From positions 1-64,000 of the forward strand of contig KZ538160.1 in the NCBI GenBank assembly GCA_000934665.2: a DNA stretch of 64,000 bases. The letters run 5' to 3'. Source of the stretch: Catajapyx aquilonaris. Lineage: Eukaryota. Of the stretch, positions 49,199 to 61,794 are shown one piece after another. Within the stretch, counting starts at the first letter, position 1. Each line of letters opens with the position of its first letter. Made by a program: the position numbers and the translations under genes. Below the pieces are notes generated by a model. The model had not been told where the DNA came from and made no database searches. It saw nothing but the letters and a program-made list of their open reading frames with translations.

Positions 49199-51090
49199 GT
49201 ATGTGAATCATTTGACGCATAAGTATTTTCTGTATATTGATGCACTTGTAAGTTAGTTTTATGTGCCCAAATTACGACCAAATGCGAATTGTATGGTACC
49301 TCCAGAGCAAAATAAGCAGGTGCAGCTGACAGCATTTTGAAAAGGTCCGCCAGGCCGATTGCAAAAATTATTCTTGGTTTTCAAAAATCCCTTTCACCCT
49401 ACAAAAAAAAACAATAACGCCTCTGGTCACAAGCTTTACCATAGCAAAAAAAATATCATAATTTCACTTGCACCGTGTTGCAGGACGCGCGTTGCAGTTA
49501 GCATCGTATGTAGCACGTGACCTCTCGACTGGTTGGCGCGGAATTACGTCCGAAGCGTGACGCAAATCCTCCTCTGGGCCTGTTGGCGCTGCCGGTTATA
49601 GCGAGAATCCCCTCAAAGGGGCTTGGCGCATCTTCCCAGGAGTTCTGGGAGATCTGTATTCGTGCAGCGGGATAATTCGGGGTACTTTGGGGGCCCCTTG
49701 GTTGACCTAATCCCCCATCGGAGCTAGTCTCCGCTCGATACCACCCTGCAGGGGCTAGAAACGGGGGAGGGTTGCTGGAGGGGGGATAGAAAATGGTGCA
49801 CTTTGGCACCTGCAAAGGACGCGACGAAACGCATCAATCCTCTTTCTTACAATGTAAAAGGAAAACCGATACAGTGATCGATGCTGTCCCTGCAGCCAAT
49901 TTGCAATTGACTTGTTGCCTATCTTGGAAAGCATATCTAAAATTACGCGGTTGCAGCTTCCCTAGAACATGATCGGGATCGAGTAGATGTTTGATCCGAG
50001 TTTCTCCTGGCTCCTTCTCTCGGGTTTCTCTCATTTGGCGTCCCCTCTGCAATGGGGCCGTTTCAGTGGCGGGCTCCCTTCCCGGAGGCAGCTCAAGATG
50101 GATCCCGTGGCCCATTCCTCCCACTATCACTTTTCAGAGAGAATCCACGTCGTATCCGCCGGCGCCCATCCAATGGCTGCCTCCTTCCCTCGGCTTTTGT
50201 GATATCCGGCCCAACGACGAGCCGGACTCCGGCCTTACTTTCCACCGATTTATTGTCTTCTGCTGCCGTTTCTCCCCCGTCACGCTTTTTTCATCCCTAT
50301 CTGTCACCTGCCCAATTTCACTCGTCTCCAGATTAAACCCAAATTTGGAACCATTTTTTCTCGAAGCGTCGACCTCGACCCGTGGGTGACCACACCTCGG
50401 TGCAATTTGCAGGATGCTAAATGGTGGGCGAGTCGGAATAGGAAGGATGCAGTGCCCACGTTTGATATTTCTAAAGGCGGAAACATGGGCTGGTATGATG
50501 ACGTCCGCAATGACAGGTGAGATATGTTGGTTGTGGGGGCCAACAGCTTAGTTCGTATTCATGACAAGGCCTCAAATCCACTTTGAATTAACGTGTGGGC
50601 TGGGTTGGATGCAGTGCGCCTATTCTGCGTCGATATTAAGGCACGTGTCTTTGTTGAAAGCTGTATCTGGCAGAAACTCACTACCAGCATTGCGAATATG
50701 CAAAAGTAAGAACTAATTAAGTGAATTGCTCAAAAACAGTAGCAAAACTGTACACAAACCACTTGCCAGATACTCGCTATATTACAATTAGTGCTGCTAA
50801 TATGAAATACGTCGTCTGGAACATAAGTGTCAGTTACCTTTCTTTCTTCAAAGTGTTAAGCAGCGCAGACCCATATTCTATACTCATAAAGGGCATATAT
50901 GTCGTCAGCATCTTTAATCTTCCAGAGCAGCCAGGTTTAAAGAGCAAGACCGCATTTGCGAGCGGAAGGCATTGGGGGTTGGCCCAAAAACCAGGCCGCC
51001 TTTTGCACCTTACACTTAGTGCGGAGCCGTTATGGTTGGCAATAAAATGAGGCTGGGACCTCGCCGAGGAAATGGCACCGCCATATAGGA

Positions 51091-51094
<4 letters not shown>

Positions 51095-51144
<50 letters not shown>
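51095..51144. repeat. (GA)25 microsatellite
   Basis: Seen directly. Confidence 1.
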
Positions 51145-51146
<2 letters not shown>

Positions 51147-53248
51147 CCTACCCCCCTACCCCCTATTCACAATGTGCGCTCTGGTCCAAACCTTGCACCC
51201 TGGATAGAATAGCACATTCTACAGTACTATTACACCCTAGTGTATAATTCCCACCTCCGCTTCCCCTACCCCCTGGAAAATAAAAGTCATGCCCTCTGAT
51301 CAGACCGCAGCTTTTTTTTTTCCAGGCACTGCTAGTCAGAATCTAATAATAAAACGGTTGGCTTACCATGCGGCCACCTCTTATTATAACCTGGTACAGC
51401 ATTTTGAAATTCAAAAAAAAAAAAAGGTGGATCGGTAATGGTCCCGGAAGACGGTGCCTAAAGGGTGTTTGGGTAACCCGTACTGCATATAAGTACTCTC
51501 GGGTATACAGTATTTTAATGATGCAGCAGCATTTTGTGCAAAATTAATAAGGTAGGCATGTATGTAAACCACAAGATTTTAAGGCATAGTCTGTAAATGA
51601 ATTAGTCATGCTACCCACTCACAAACATAAAACTCTCAGCCTGACATGAATAATCCACCAGCGACTAGGAGCATTCCCCCCTCCATGTAAGCTACTACAT
51701 CTTCTACAGTATACAACTGCCAACAACGACAGTTATAATTCAACTAGTGAACCCATTGCCAAACTTTGGCAAAACCCATCATCAGTATGAGAGTGACAAT
51801 CAAACGACTTTAATGAGATGTCCCGCCGATTTACCACGTAGTACTATTCTTCACGGATAGATGGTGCACACTCCTACCACACTCAGGTCGTGCAATGCAG
51901 GTCGGACAAACATCTGATAGAAAGAATACGACTATTAGGAGAAAGATGAAATTATTAAAAATTAAAATTGAAGAGCCTGTCAATTCTATTACATAAATAT
52001 GACAACACGTTTGTCATTTTCAACCCTTACACAACTCTACATTTTATTATTCATTAAAAAGCGCGACTACCAGACCACGCCAGAGCTACAATAATACCTA
52101 TTATAATGCCTAGCGCGCTGCCGGAACAGTTAAGAGTAAGTGATACGTTCATTATACACTGCACAAGACACGCATACAAAGCATCCCTGAATGTTTACAA
52201 TATTGTAATCATAAACGGTTTATGCCCGAGAGCCACACTAAGACAAGTAGGACAGTTCCTTAATCGCCCAGAGCCTCTAGAGCGCATTTGTGCCCCCTTT
52301 ACACAATGCATGCATTTTGCATCTGCAGTATTACATGGCTGCGCGAGAAACTGCAAAGGGCGGTGCCTAGAACCAGTTTTTTTTGCAATACCTGCATAGC
52401 TTTATGTAGGTATGATGGTCCGCAAAGCGGTTAACCTTCTTCCGAGTTTCGCGAGTCATCTTAGGAATGGGGAGGCGGCGAATGCTAAACAAAACCGTTA
52501 AGCCCGAGAAGAAAAGCGTGACGGAAGGGAAATAAAATATGGAGAGAAGAGGCACCTTACACCTTGGGCTCAGGACCCCCCTCCCCCTCCCCATTGCTCC
52601 GTAACGATGCAGCCTCATAAGGTCGGAAAAGGTTTGCGAAGAAGTAAAACTGGGAATGATTGCTTATAATAAAGTGCAAATACTTTCTTTACGACGGCCA
52701 AACTAAAATCAATATCAACAGGGAGCTGGGAGGGGGGGGGGGGGGCTGGAAGATCAACGGAGCAGAGGATCAGGCTGAAACTTTGTTCAGTGAAATTCCT
52801 GGCAACACCCAGATGTTCCAATAACCTGACTGATGTACGCGTACAAGTAATAGGTGCAAATTGCTAATTTGGGTGTTATTCATACAATTTGCCTAATATG
52901 CGGTATAGTGCGAGTGCCGCGTGGATTTTTTGATATGCACTACTTGCGAACACCTACAACCATTGTTAGATGGCCAACAAAGCAAGTCATAGGCAACAAT
53001 ATGACCACCGACCCGGTACTTGTAGCTTTAAAGCAGCAAGTTGGCAGAAACCCCCCACCCCCTCTTCTAATTATAGCCAAATGAGCGGCTTGCTGATGTA
53101 GACCACAATAACCAGGCACCCATATTGTGCACATACACGCCCAGCGGTCCTTGCTTCAATGTGAATTTTTTTTTGTTCAGGAGATTGGATGTACAGAACG
53201 TAGGTTTGTGCAAGCTTCACAAAAGCTACATTGCTTCTCGTAATATAC

Positions 53249-53249
<1 letters not shown>

Positions 53250-53280
<31 letters not shown>
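53250..53280. repeat. (CAG)10 microsatellite
   Basis: Seen directly. Confidence 1.
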
Positions 53281-53283
<3 letters not shown>

Positions 53284-54029
53284 TATGAGCAGCAGCGAGC
53301 TGGCGGCAACTTTTGTGCAAAAGTTCCTCCCTCACAAAGTTTTTAACAGTGCAGGAGTGGTAGGGGAGGGGGCATGCCGCAATAACTATGCCAGAACCGC
53401 AGGCGTCTCCAAATACCTTTCGAGTGCAAAATAGTCCCCCGGAATATTTGGACTTAATCGCATTAAGCACTGCTTTTGTAACTAATCGGCGCTTGTGTAA
53501 ATAACCCATGTTCACCCCAAAGGACAGTGCTTAATAAATAAATTGGGCAAACAGTAGCTGCTCTTGCCTCTGCTTGGGGCTAGGAAAGAGACAACCTAGG
53601 GTATGCCCGTTGCTGCTGGGAGGTGCAGAAGTTGGGAGATGGTCCGTATAATCCAGAGCCCACTGGGGGCCAACTTGTTCTAAAACTTAGCTGGGAAAAG
53701 CGCCGTCCTTCCTGTCTAACACTATTCCCAAGTGCCGGTCTGGCCCCCGCGTTTTCTTACGGGGGCCCTCAAGAAATCAGGAAACCTTTGTGTGTGTGTC
53801 CCGATTTTTATTTCCGCATAATGGCAGCCCTGCGCTTCTCCTCGTGCATACAGCCTCGGGGTCCCTCTTCCCCTTTTCTCAACTCCCCGCCGCTCATTCC
53901 ATATTCCAAAATATACTTTGAGGAGCAATCAGGAGGGCTGCTCCCAGGTCCTCTGCATGGAAAATCCTCTGCCTCCACACTTGCTTACCAGAAACTTGCG
54001 GGGAATCACCCGTGATTTCCCTTGATCAG

Positions 54030-54094
54030 GTATTCCCCGCAATGGCGAGTCAGCTGACCACCCATTGCGGGGAATACGCGAGTCAATTGACTCG
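54030..54094. repeat. Hairpin (16-bp arms) plus an adjacent palindrome resembling its loop
   Basis: gtattccccgcaatgg/ccattgcggggaatac; loop cgagtcagctgacc, then cgagtcaattgactcg. Confidence 0.9.
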
Positions 54095-57000
54095 TCAAAG
54101 TTAAGCTAAGGTGGCTAAAAGTAGTCGACTGACTAGAGGATTTTAATGTGTGTATAGGTGGTCCAAGATAGTAATCTGAGCCTGTATAACCAGTGTGTGT
54201 GTGTACAGAGTGAAGTGTTTGGATGGCAAGGAAGAGGGGGTAAAATAGGGCGAGCTAGGAGTGGATTGGTTAGTCGGCAGAAGCACCTGCACCGTTTCAA
54301 TCTTACCCGCTCTTTGACGCTGATTGTCGGCCAGGCGCCGAGAGAAGAGTGGGGAGAAGAGAAGAGTTAGTCGTAGCGGGGTAAAAGCGGGGGTGGGAGG
54401 AGAGGAGGGAGGCACCAGGGGGGAAGGAGGATTAAGCCCAGCCAGGATTGTGGATCTTATTCGTTTGGCTCGGCGACGAAGGACACTTGAGGAGCAAGCC
54501 CAGAAAGCCTTAATCAATGGGATTACTCCGGGTTCTGATTGGAAACACGAATCGAGGCACACAACAAGCGCTCCTCCTGACTCTCTGCAGTCTCTTATGG
54601 AAATGTGACATACAAATCAGAGTGTGGTGGGATCTGGAAGAGTGTTTCTTTCGGGCATATATTGACACGAGTTGAGAGGTGTAGACAAATATTGGAGGGT
54701 AATAAATATGACCTGGCGTTTCTTACTTTGTGGTTGGAAGAACCAACTTAACATGTGTTAGGTTGGTCAGATTGAATTTTGACAAGTACCATGCCAAGTG
54801 ACGCAAAATGGAATAATAATCATGTGACATTGACTGTTTTTAGACATTAATTTCATAGAGTGGATGTGTGGAAATTCCCAATCTGGTGGCTGATGTCAGA
54901 CGCACCCCATTGACTAGAGTAGGGGTTCGGGGTAGTCAACATGGCGTCAGCTGAAAAGTTACAATTATTAGTCGGCTACTTCAAAATTAAGACTACGGCT
55001 CATAGCTTTTTCGGGCATATGAAAGTAATGGAGCTGAAGGAATGTCCCCCCAAAAAAGACTTGGCTTTAGCTTATTATTCGGAAGGACACACTATTTTGA
55101 CAACATTCCTTCATTTTAGAAGCGATATAACCATTACTGTCATCGAAATTATTATTCTGTGCAGGGACGCTTCTATGCTATACAGTGTCTGTCTCTGCAA
55201 ACTCTCTGGCTGCTCAGCATGAATAAATGAAAAACTTGCACTGAAAATATTGTTCCTTGTAAATCTGTACAAGTACCGTATATCTTACCTTTACATTTAC
55301 TTTGCTTGAGGGGTTTTAACGTACAGCTTCCGCGAAATGCAGGACTGTACAGTACCGGCAATCCCCAGCGTGCAAAACCTTGCTCTGCTCACATCTAGTA
55401 AGATGCACGAGGAAATTACGGAATTAGTGATAAGATTAACTAATGTGTAGGATTTCACATTTATTAAGTTACATCCCCCCCCCTCCACTTTAGTAATCAA
55501 GTCGAACGTAGGCACCATAGAGTGAGGAGGGTTCCCCAGGGTGGCACTTATGAATATTAAAAGTCATTCCTGACCAGCATAAAACGTCAGAACTTTTCCC
55601 TTGACCCTAGGTGGGCATTACAGACACGTTCGCAGGAAATCAGAAAAAGTCAGAAGCCTTACAAAGCCCCAAATATACGGTATGTCATCTCGATCGTCAG
55701 AGTGCCGATGTAATTTCCATGCAAAAAGGTCCTTTTAGATCAGGTTAGGTTAAAGGTAAATTCTGTTATTTAGAAAGTTATGTTTAGGAAGTTAAGTTGG
55801 TGTATGGGTTATAACACAAATCTGAAGTGCCAATACAGTGAGCTTTCCTTATCATCCTCACTTATTTTATTGGTCGTTTTATGAGTGCAATTTTAGATGA
55901 TTACCTCTTTTTATTGAAATGTTGTGTGCCGGGGTGTAGAGATATTCTAATTTATATATTTTGCGTTGTTCTGAATGACCCTTGAAAAGAAGGGGATGAT
56001 TATCGTGAACGAATTCACACCCTTTACATCATGCTCCCGATGGCATCTCATTATAAGCATATCGGACAGTAAACTATAATGAGGCAAATTTTAATAATTA
56101 ATCGATGAAGAATTCAGGTCATGCAAAATTTATCTTTGATTCCGATGAGTTATGCGCCCATCCAGATCTCGGTGACGATTTTGCATACACCAGACTTTCA
56201 ATTAATCCACGATTTAAAATGCACCTCATTACCCCCAGGCCAAAGAGTTTATCGTAGATCACCAGGTATCAGGCAAAGAAGTTATAGCCCCTACAGTCAA
56301 CTTGAAGGAAAGTTGTTAAATTCAGCTTCGGTCTCGCAATATTTCACATCTTATAGACATTAGTAGTCATGAGAAACGCAGCAACCCACATGACTTCCCG
56401 CGGACAAGTCCGTAGAATTTCCCACCCGTCAGATTGATTTTACATAACGATCCTTGGCAGAGGAGGCGCATATCCTCAAATCTCAAAAGCATCCAATCTC
56501 CGGACCCGCACTTCTATCCCGGCACGCATCCCTCATAAAGGGGTACTTTTCCCGGGGCGCGAATCCGGATCCGAGTGGACCGAGGCGATTTCCCTCCGTT
56601 TGCTGTTGGGTTTTGGGAGGACCAAAAGGGCCCTGACACGAAATGGAAACTCTGACACTTTCTTTTGCTTCCGTCTTCTTTTTTTTCGGATCTAGCCTAG
56701 TGGTCTCTAGCCCTCATGTGGTTTTTGGGACTTATCAAATACGTACAGTGAAGGGAAAGGAAATGTCTAGGTTCAATTGGGTCCATGGGAGGTTAAGTAT
56801 ACTGCAGGGTGTTTCAACTCGCCGGACTCTTGTAATTAATGACCCCCCAGTGCTCAGAGCAGCTAGTTGACAGTTTTATCCTGACTTGTAGGCGACAACA
56901 TTATTGACTTACAGGGTGCATAATCAACAGAACTTCTCGACATGTCCAAAAATCACTTCTCAAGTGTGGTTGTAAAGAAACAGGGATTTTCTTAGTAGCT

Positions 57001-57199
57001 CTCACTAGGCACTCGGATTAATAGGGTTTAAGTTGTTTTCGTGTTATTAGTACCCGACTCCGATAGCACGTGTTTTCACTCTCAGAATGAGATGGGAACC
57101 TTGACTGCCAAGCTAAAGTTACTGCTTTTTGTTCGACTTTAGGGGCCCGCATGAAAGTCTTAACGCTTCCACGTTGATTGCATTTGGTTTCTTTTACCC

Positions 57200-57750
57200 G
57201 CATGCAATATGCGACTTCCCAATGGAGACAGAGTGGCTATATACACAGCTTCGAATTGATGAAATAACAGGTCAGTTAAACCAAAGAACGATCTGACGTC
57301 ACACCAGCCGTGTTTTCTGAGCATGCGCAGTAGTATGCTTGCATATTCGGGGACATGATAGGAGGGATGAGTCTGGTTGAGGCGGGCTGAATCGTCTTTG
57401 GTTTAACAGACTGTACGATTTATGGGAACATAACCCAATTGTTTCTGTAAGATATTCATGATGGTGTAAGTACAGATTCATGCACTGAAACTTGTTTTCT
57501 ACGGTACGAATACAACCATGCTTGAAATATTCCTACCTGCACTATATTATAAACGTAGTCCCACGCACCATAATTATCTCCGTGTGAACAGCGTGTAACA
57601 AGCTGCCTGTTGCATACTCACACCATTATGTTCCGGCAGAATTAAGAAAAGTTATACTTCACATGAAAAGCATAGCTCACGGCTACTTAGAAAAGGTCCA
57701 TCCTTGGTCAAGTCCCAGGACACCTATACAAATTCAACGATCCCCTTTTC
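57200..57750 (+). pseudogene. Very decayed Gypsy (Mag-like) pol remnant
   Basis: LPNGDRVAIYTAS (RNase H region), SV..SCLL, VPAELRKVIL....AHG and VHPWSSPRTP (integrase N-terminal region) in the expected order. Confidence 0.4.
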
Positions 57751-58955
57751 GCTGCCATATAACAGTGTGCGTAAGAACAAAGGAAGGTTTACATAGGGCC
57801 TGAGGCCACGTTACGTGAGACCAGGGTTAAGTTCCCTCCCTTCTACATATAACCTCCCCACTAGCCAGGAAGAAGTGAGGTTGGGGCGGGTTTGAACAAG
57901 CAATTGGGCCATGGTGGAGGGAAGTTGGTCTGCCCCAAATCGGCCTCTGGCCGCCGCCATCCATCCAGCCATAGAAGGAGGTTTGCCTCTCCCGGCTTTT
58001 CGATAAGGGAAAAGGAATGGGCAACGGCCTTTCCTTCCCCCACCAAAAACCCACAACGAATGGCTCCCGGGATGACCCTTTTCTCCTATTTCTACTATTA
58101 GTGCCCTCCGGACCCCCTTACTTTTGCCCAGCAGCTAGGGGAGCCAGGCATGGGCAGGAAAACAACATCCTTGGCCCACAGACCCGTATTTGGTCCAATA
58201 TACTTTTGTTTCACTTCAAACTCCCCCTCCCCCCCCCCTTTTTCCTTATCGTTAGGTGAAAAGGAGAAATTGCTGACTCGAATCGCATTCGATTCACTCG
58301 CTGCCGGAATCATCCGGGCGTGCAACGCACGCAAAATTTGAGACAGTCAATATTGTTGGTGTTTAAGTGGCCAAAACTGCTCGCTTTACAGCTTCCATTT
58401 ACAGTTCAAATATCTGACAAGGTATGATGTGACATCATCGAGAGTTAAAAGGGTGTTAAATGGCACTTGGTTAGCACCGGTATAGATGAATATTTTATAG
58501 CTTGGGAAAGGAAGGGTCAACACTGTTACAGCCTATATTGCGACGCATTTTTAAATGTCTAATAGCTCCGGTGAGGCTATTTTGTGGGTTCAAGTCTGGT
58601 TCAAGTTTATAAAGCGGTTATACCAAATGCAACCTGAATTCGCATAAGTAGGGCTAATTAAAAATTACTTCGAACACAGCAGTTTTAAACTACAGGGTGA
58701 TCCAACAAGAACACTGCTTGTAGAAATGCTGCTTATGTCCAATAATTGTTGCGCATTTTATTATTTATACAGGGTGTTCCAAATTCGTGGGTCGTTTTTT
58801 ATAAGTGATATCACCCGAAGTAGTTATTTTTATAGCTTGTTGTACCCCGATCCAGGTTCCCTATTACTCTCGGGGGGTCGAATAATTAAAGCAGTTGCTA
58901 TAGAATGGGGCACCCGGTAAGGGCACAACAAGCTACACAAAAAATAACTACTTCT

Positions 58956-59432
58956 GAAACAAGGGAGACGGAGTGGCGCTGCGGTGACGCACGCGCCCAC
59001 GGATGTTAAGGTCCCTGGTTCAATCCCAGCCCGGGGTTACCGCCTTCATCTCGTGCAGTGTTTGGGCCATCTCTGGCTTCGTCTCGGGTGGGACTCCTTA
59101 GACTAACCACCCGGGGGAGTTCACAAAATGACCTCACCCACGACATTGCACTGCACTTTGCACATCCCCTCCTAGTCACTCTGCCCTGGGCCCGGGCGTT
59201 ACACTAAATAGGTACCATGTATGTACTTCTTTTGGCCACTTTATCCTGGTCTTGAAGCAACCCTTCGCACATGCTCCACGTTGAACAGGTGCGTGTGTGC
59301 GAAGGGTTGCTTCAAGACCAGGATAAAGTGGCCAAAACAATTTGAGCCCACAGTACACATGAACTGTTCAATAGATGCCCGTGCGATAGACCCAAATAAG
59401 GTGAAAGCACTACCCAGGATTATAATATTATT
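58956..59432 (+). mobile_element. tRNA-headed SINE, body type 2, tail type II, full length
   Basis: A box gtggcgctgcgg and B box ggttcaatccc (59017-59027). Tail ggtgaaagcactacccaggattataatattatt. Candidate 9-bp TSD actacttct at 58947-58955 and 59433-59441. Confidence 0.9.
59224..59353. mobile_element. MITE family D nested in the SINE
   Basis: ttttggccactttatcctggtcttgaagcaacccttcgcaca and its reverse complement. Second copy at 61253-61396. Confidence 0.9.
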
Positions 59433-60684
59433 ACTACTTCTTGAACACCCTGGTATATTCCGAAATGATAAAATATGGTGTCCAAGTTTCTACGATTCCA
59501 ACCTCTCTCTACATGATGTGCCTCTAAGTAAGTATATAGTTTTTCTATGTGAGAAAGAAATGTTTGCTCCAAGCCTGTATTTCGTACCATATTGGGTCGT
59601 CCTTGCTGTTTTTGTCCACCAATAGGAGCGAGCAGCATTGGACACAAAGATCATAGCAGTTACTCATGCGGATAACCTAATAAAATCTGCTTATGATAAA
59701 ACAGCTACATAGTCCTCCTATTGTTGAGCCACCATATATCTTTTATACACGATTTTATCCATCCAGTGACCCGTACTAATATGCTGAATAAGTCATACGT
59801 GAAGAGATAGCCTCAACGTCGTATCTTTTCTTTTTTTAAAAAAAAGTTTAAGACCTGCATGCCTCGCCCGCATTTGATCCACCCTCCTGACCTATCCCAT
59901 GGCAAATTACACACGAATGGATTGAGAGCGTTCGAAAACAAATTCTCAAACTTGTCTCCATCTTCACCAACTTTCTCCTGAAGGAAGCGGGTGAAAAAGA
60001 GGGTGGAGGTGGAAAAAAAAAGGAAGTTGTTACGACTCTTTTCATACCAGCTTCACGAAAGAAGACGAAAGGCTAAAAAAAAAAAAAAAAAAGTTTTTCC
60101 CTGCCAAGTTCAGCTGATGAATTCATCCTGTTTCTCATTGGCGAACGAAGCTAATCTCCCCTTCCGCCGGCTTGGATCGCTGGCTGCTGGCAGAAGAGAG
60201 AGAAGACGAGAAGAGGCGGGGGGAGAAGAGGCAGAGGCGAGTTGGGGGAGGAGGAGAAGAGGCATCCATCGGTAGAGCCCCGGAGAATTGAGTGAAGCGA
60301 AGAGAAGGAGTCGATAAGAGAAGCATTCCGGAAAATGGGCGGCGCGTTTGGGGGTAAAAAAAAGAAAAAAGAAAAAAAAAGAATGAAGAAGAAGCTATCG
60401 CTGCCAGGGAGAGATGGAGGAGGAGGAGGACACATCTGCCGCCCTCTCGGATTCTGCCTCCTGGTGTCATCCTTCATAAGCGCCTCCAAAATCGCTCTTC
60501 ATAGATCAACGGTATTTCCCCTCCCTGCTTCCTGCCTCCCAGACCATAACCTCCGACCCTTATTGTCACTGCGGCTTAAGTCATTCGAGCCCTCTTATAT
60601 GAGTTCAAGAATTGTGGGCGAAATAGGGTGTTTTATCTTATACTAATTGGTGTACAGGGTATACGAGTACTATCCATGTCTCAG

Positions 60685-60964
60685 GGGGTGGATTCATCAA
60701 ATGTCGTAAGTCAAATTTTCGTCGTAACTGGTAGTAACCATAGTTACTAACTATGGAGCCGTATACTCATCTAGGTCACTCGCAATCGACAAAGTCGATT
60801 GACGTCAAAATGACGTCGCCAATGGTGACCAGGGAAGGGCGAGGAGAATTGGCGACGTCATTTTGACGTCAATCGACTTTGTCGATTGCGAGTGACCTGG
60901 ATGAGTATACGGCTCATGGTTACGACAGGAAAGTTCGACTTACGACATTTGATGAATCCACCCC
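60685..60964. mobile_element. PIF/Harbinger-type palindromic MITE
   Basis: ggggtggattcatcaaatgtcgtaagtc/gacttacgacatttgatgaatccacccc. 3-bp TSD cag at 60682-60684 and 60965-60967. Confidence 0.92.
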
Positions 60965-61054
60965 CAGGTTGGAAAGAAGTTATGGATCGGTTTCTCCAGA
61001 AACCATTTATTGCACATGTAAAAATTGTGGTTATAATAAGTTCTCTAAGCTGCA

Positions 61055-61195
61055 CTGTACGCATATAAGCAAATCGTAGGTGGTCCCCGCATCCGGCCCT
61101 AACCTTCCTTGCGGATACAGCCCTATCTTCAGCGGATACACAAAACCTATGGGCCGGTTGCGGAGACCACCTACGATTTGCTTATATGCGCACCG
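61055..61195. mobile_element. MITE with about 45-bp TIRs
   Basis: cgcatataagcaaatcgtaggtggtc/gaccacctacgatttgcttatatgcg. Confidence 0.88.
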
Positions 61196-61252
61196 TACTT
61201 GTATCCCACCCCATAGTTCAACTAAAAGTCAATATCTTCTTGACACAATGTA

Positions 61253-61396
61253 CTGTATGGTGCTCAAATTCTTTTGGCCACTTTATCCTGGTCTTGAAGC
61301 AACCCTTCGCACAGGCCCCACGGTGAGGAAATGTGTTTTTGTGAAGGGTTGCTTCAAGACCAGGATAAAGTGGCCAAAAGAATATGAGCTCCATAG
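61253..61396. mobile_element. MITE family D, copy 2
   Basis: TA-flanked; arms identical to the core of 59224-59353, with a different spacer. Confidence 0.92.
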
Positions 61397-61655
61397 TACC
61401 TTCGATCATACACATGACATGACATCTCGTTTTAAAGAGCAGCGATGGGGTAGAGTAAGGTGTGGGATGCCATTATGAAGGGTTCTGGCTTATTCGGTAT
61501 TGTGATTGTCCTCAGCTTTAAAGCCAGCAGAAAATTTGGCCGGAAAATAGGTCACGATTACATGACTTTAGGTGAGCGTGCTATGCAACTATGGGGTAAT
61601 TTTATAGTATTTTAGCATCCAATTCTAATTGATAGAACCTGGTCCTTTAGGTTAA

Positions 61656-61794
61656 AGGTGTGTTTACATGTGGGCGATTTGGCGAGCGAAGACTTCGCCG
61701 AGGCTGAAATTAACAATCGATTTTTGCCTCAAACAATATTGGTTTCTTTGGTTACTCATCCTCTTCGCTCGTCAAATCACATGTAAACGCACAT
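61656..61794. mobile_element. Harbinger-type MITE
   Basis: taa|aggtgtgtttacatgtg ... cacatgtaaacgcacat|taa; homolog at 32115-32246. Confidence 0.85.

Larger units (their letters stand above)
58770..59452. mobile_element. MITE family A, interrupted by a SINE, right arm partly deleted
   Basis: ta|cagggtgttccaaattcgtgggtcg... and terminal gaacaccctg. Confidence 0.88.

Noticed and set aside
53125..53515. PolyA/S/C ORFs suggesting a transcription factor exon
   Set aside because: Produced by a (CAG)10 microsatellite; the flanks lack coding features.
58963..59035. tRNA genes (also 30188-30260, 28690-28764, 756-814)
   Set aside because: A and B boxes are present, but each continues into a SINE body and tail with a TSD; no full cloverleaf.
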